From: Deinococcus sp.
GTDB taxonomy: Bacteria; Deinococcota; Deinococci; Deinococcales; Deinococcaceae
Assembly (NCBI GenBank): GCA_965261005.1
Contig: OZ253375.1
Location: forward strand, 1,312,001 to 1,376,000
Reading direction: 5' to 3'
Length of the DNA stretch: 64,000 nt
Shown: positions 63,784 to 64,000 of the stretch, in pieces
Layout: every line of letters starts with the position of its first letter
How positions within the stretch are numbered: position 1 is the stretch's first letter
The notes under the pieces: generated by a model
The model's database searches: none
The model's input: the letters and a program-made list of their open reading frames with translations, nothing else
What the model was told of the DNA's origin: nothing
Position numbers and translations under genes: made by a program

Positions 63784-64000
63784 CTACTTCATCGAGGTTG
63801 TAAACTCTTGCGCCGTGCATACCTCTTGGAAACGGCGGAGCGGTCTAACATGCCAAGTTCCCACACTCACGGCGCCACGATCACCAAAGCCGGTGCCGCT
63901 GGAAGTAGCATAAAGTTGGAAAACCTCTTGAAGCTCGAAGTATTCGGTGGCTTCTTGGAAAGCCTGTGGCCAGTTTCCACTCTGCTCGATAGTAATTTCA
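63784..64000 (-). CDS. Possible 3' end of a lower-GC hypothetical gene entering from outside the window
   Basis: Open frame EITIEQSGNWPQ...FTTSMK* with no recognisable motif. Confidence 0.3.
   Translation of the reverse strand, partial: EITIEQSGNWPQAFQEATEYFELQEVFQLYATSSGTGFGDRGAVSVGTWHVRPLRRFQEVCTAQEFTTSMK

Overview
GC-rich chromosomal segment from a Deinococcaceae bacterium. The assignment rests on ddrB with an RDRM box, a fused-dimer HspR with HAIR boxes, and many apparently leaderless genes (TAnnnT box 5-7 nt before the start codon). Most of the window is housekeeping: sufCBD, an exbBD-like motor, coaX, dnaJ, prs, fatty-acid genes, apgM, trmH, thyX, hisZG, malQ, rqcH, tRNA-Cys and tRNA-Val. 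No CRISPR, rRNA, transposase or integrase was seen. Most notable: (1) a nine-gene copper locus led by a DUF2946-type CxxC/RAPP leader peptide, followed by a hairpin that could mask the next RBS; (2) a suf operon interleaved and translationally coupled with YefM-YoeB, VapBC and an orphan antitoxin; (3) an ExbB/ExbD motor with a Pro-rich partner lacking a recognisable TonB C-terminal domain, next to a CxxCH lipoprotein; (4) a decayed direct duplication of a glycosyltransferase-nth unit flanking a CBM32-alginate lyase gene; (5) MITE-like repeats whose ends supply stop codons and part of a -10 box; (6) a probable CTG start for trmH and a tail-less DdrB. All calls come from motif recognition by eye; no searches were run.
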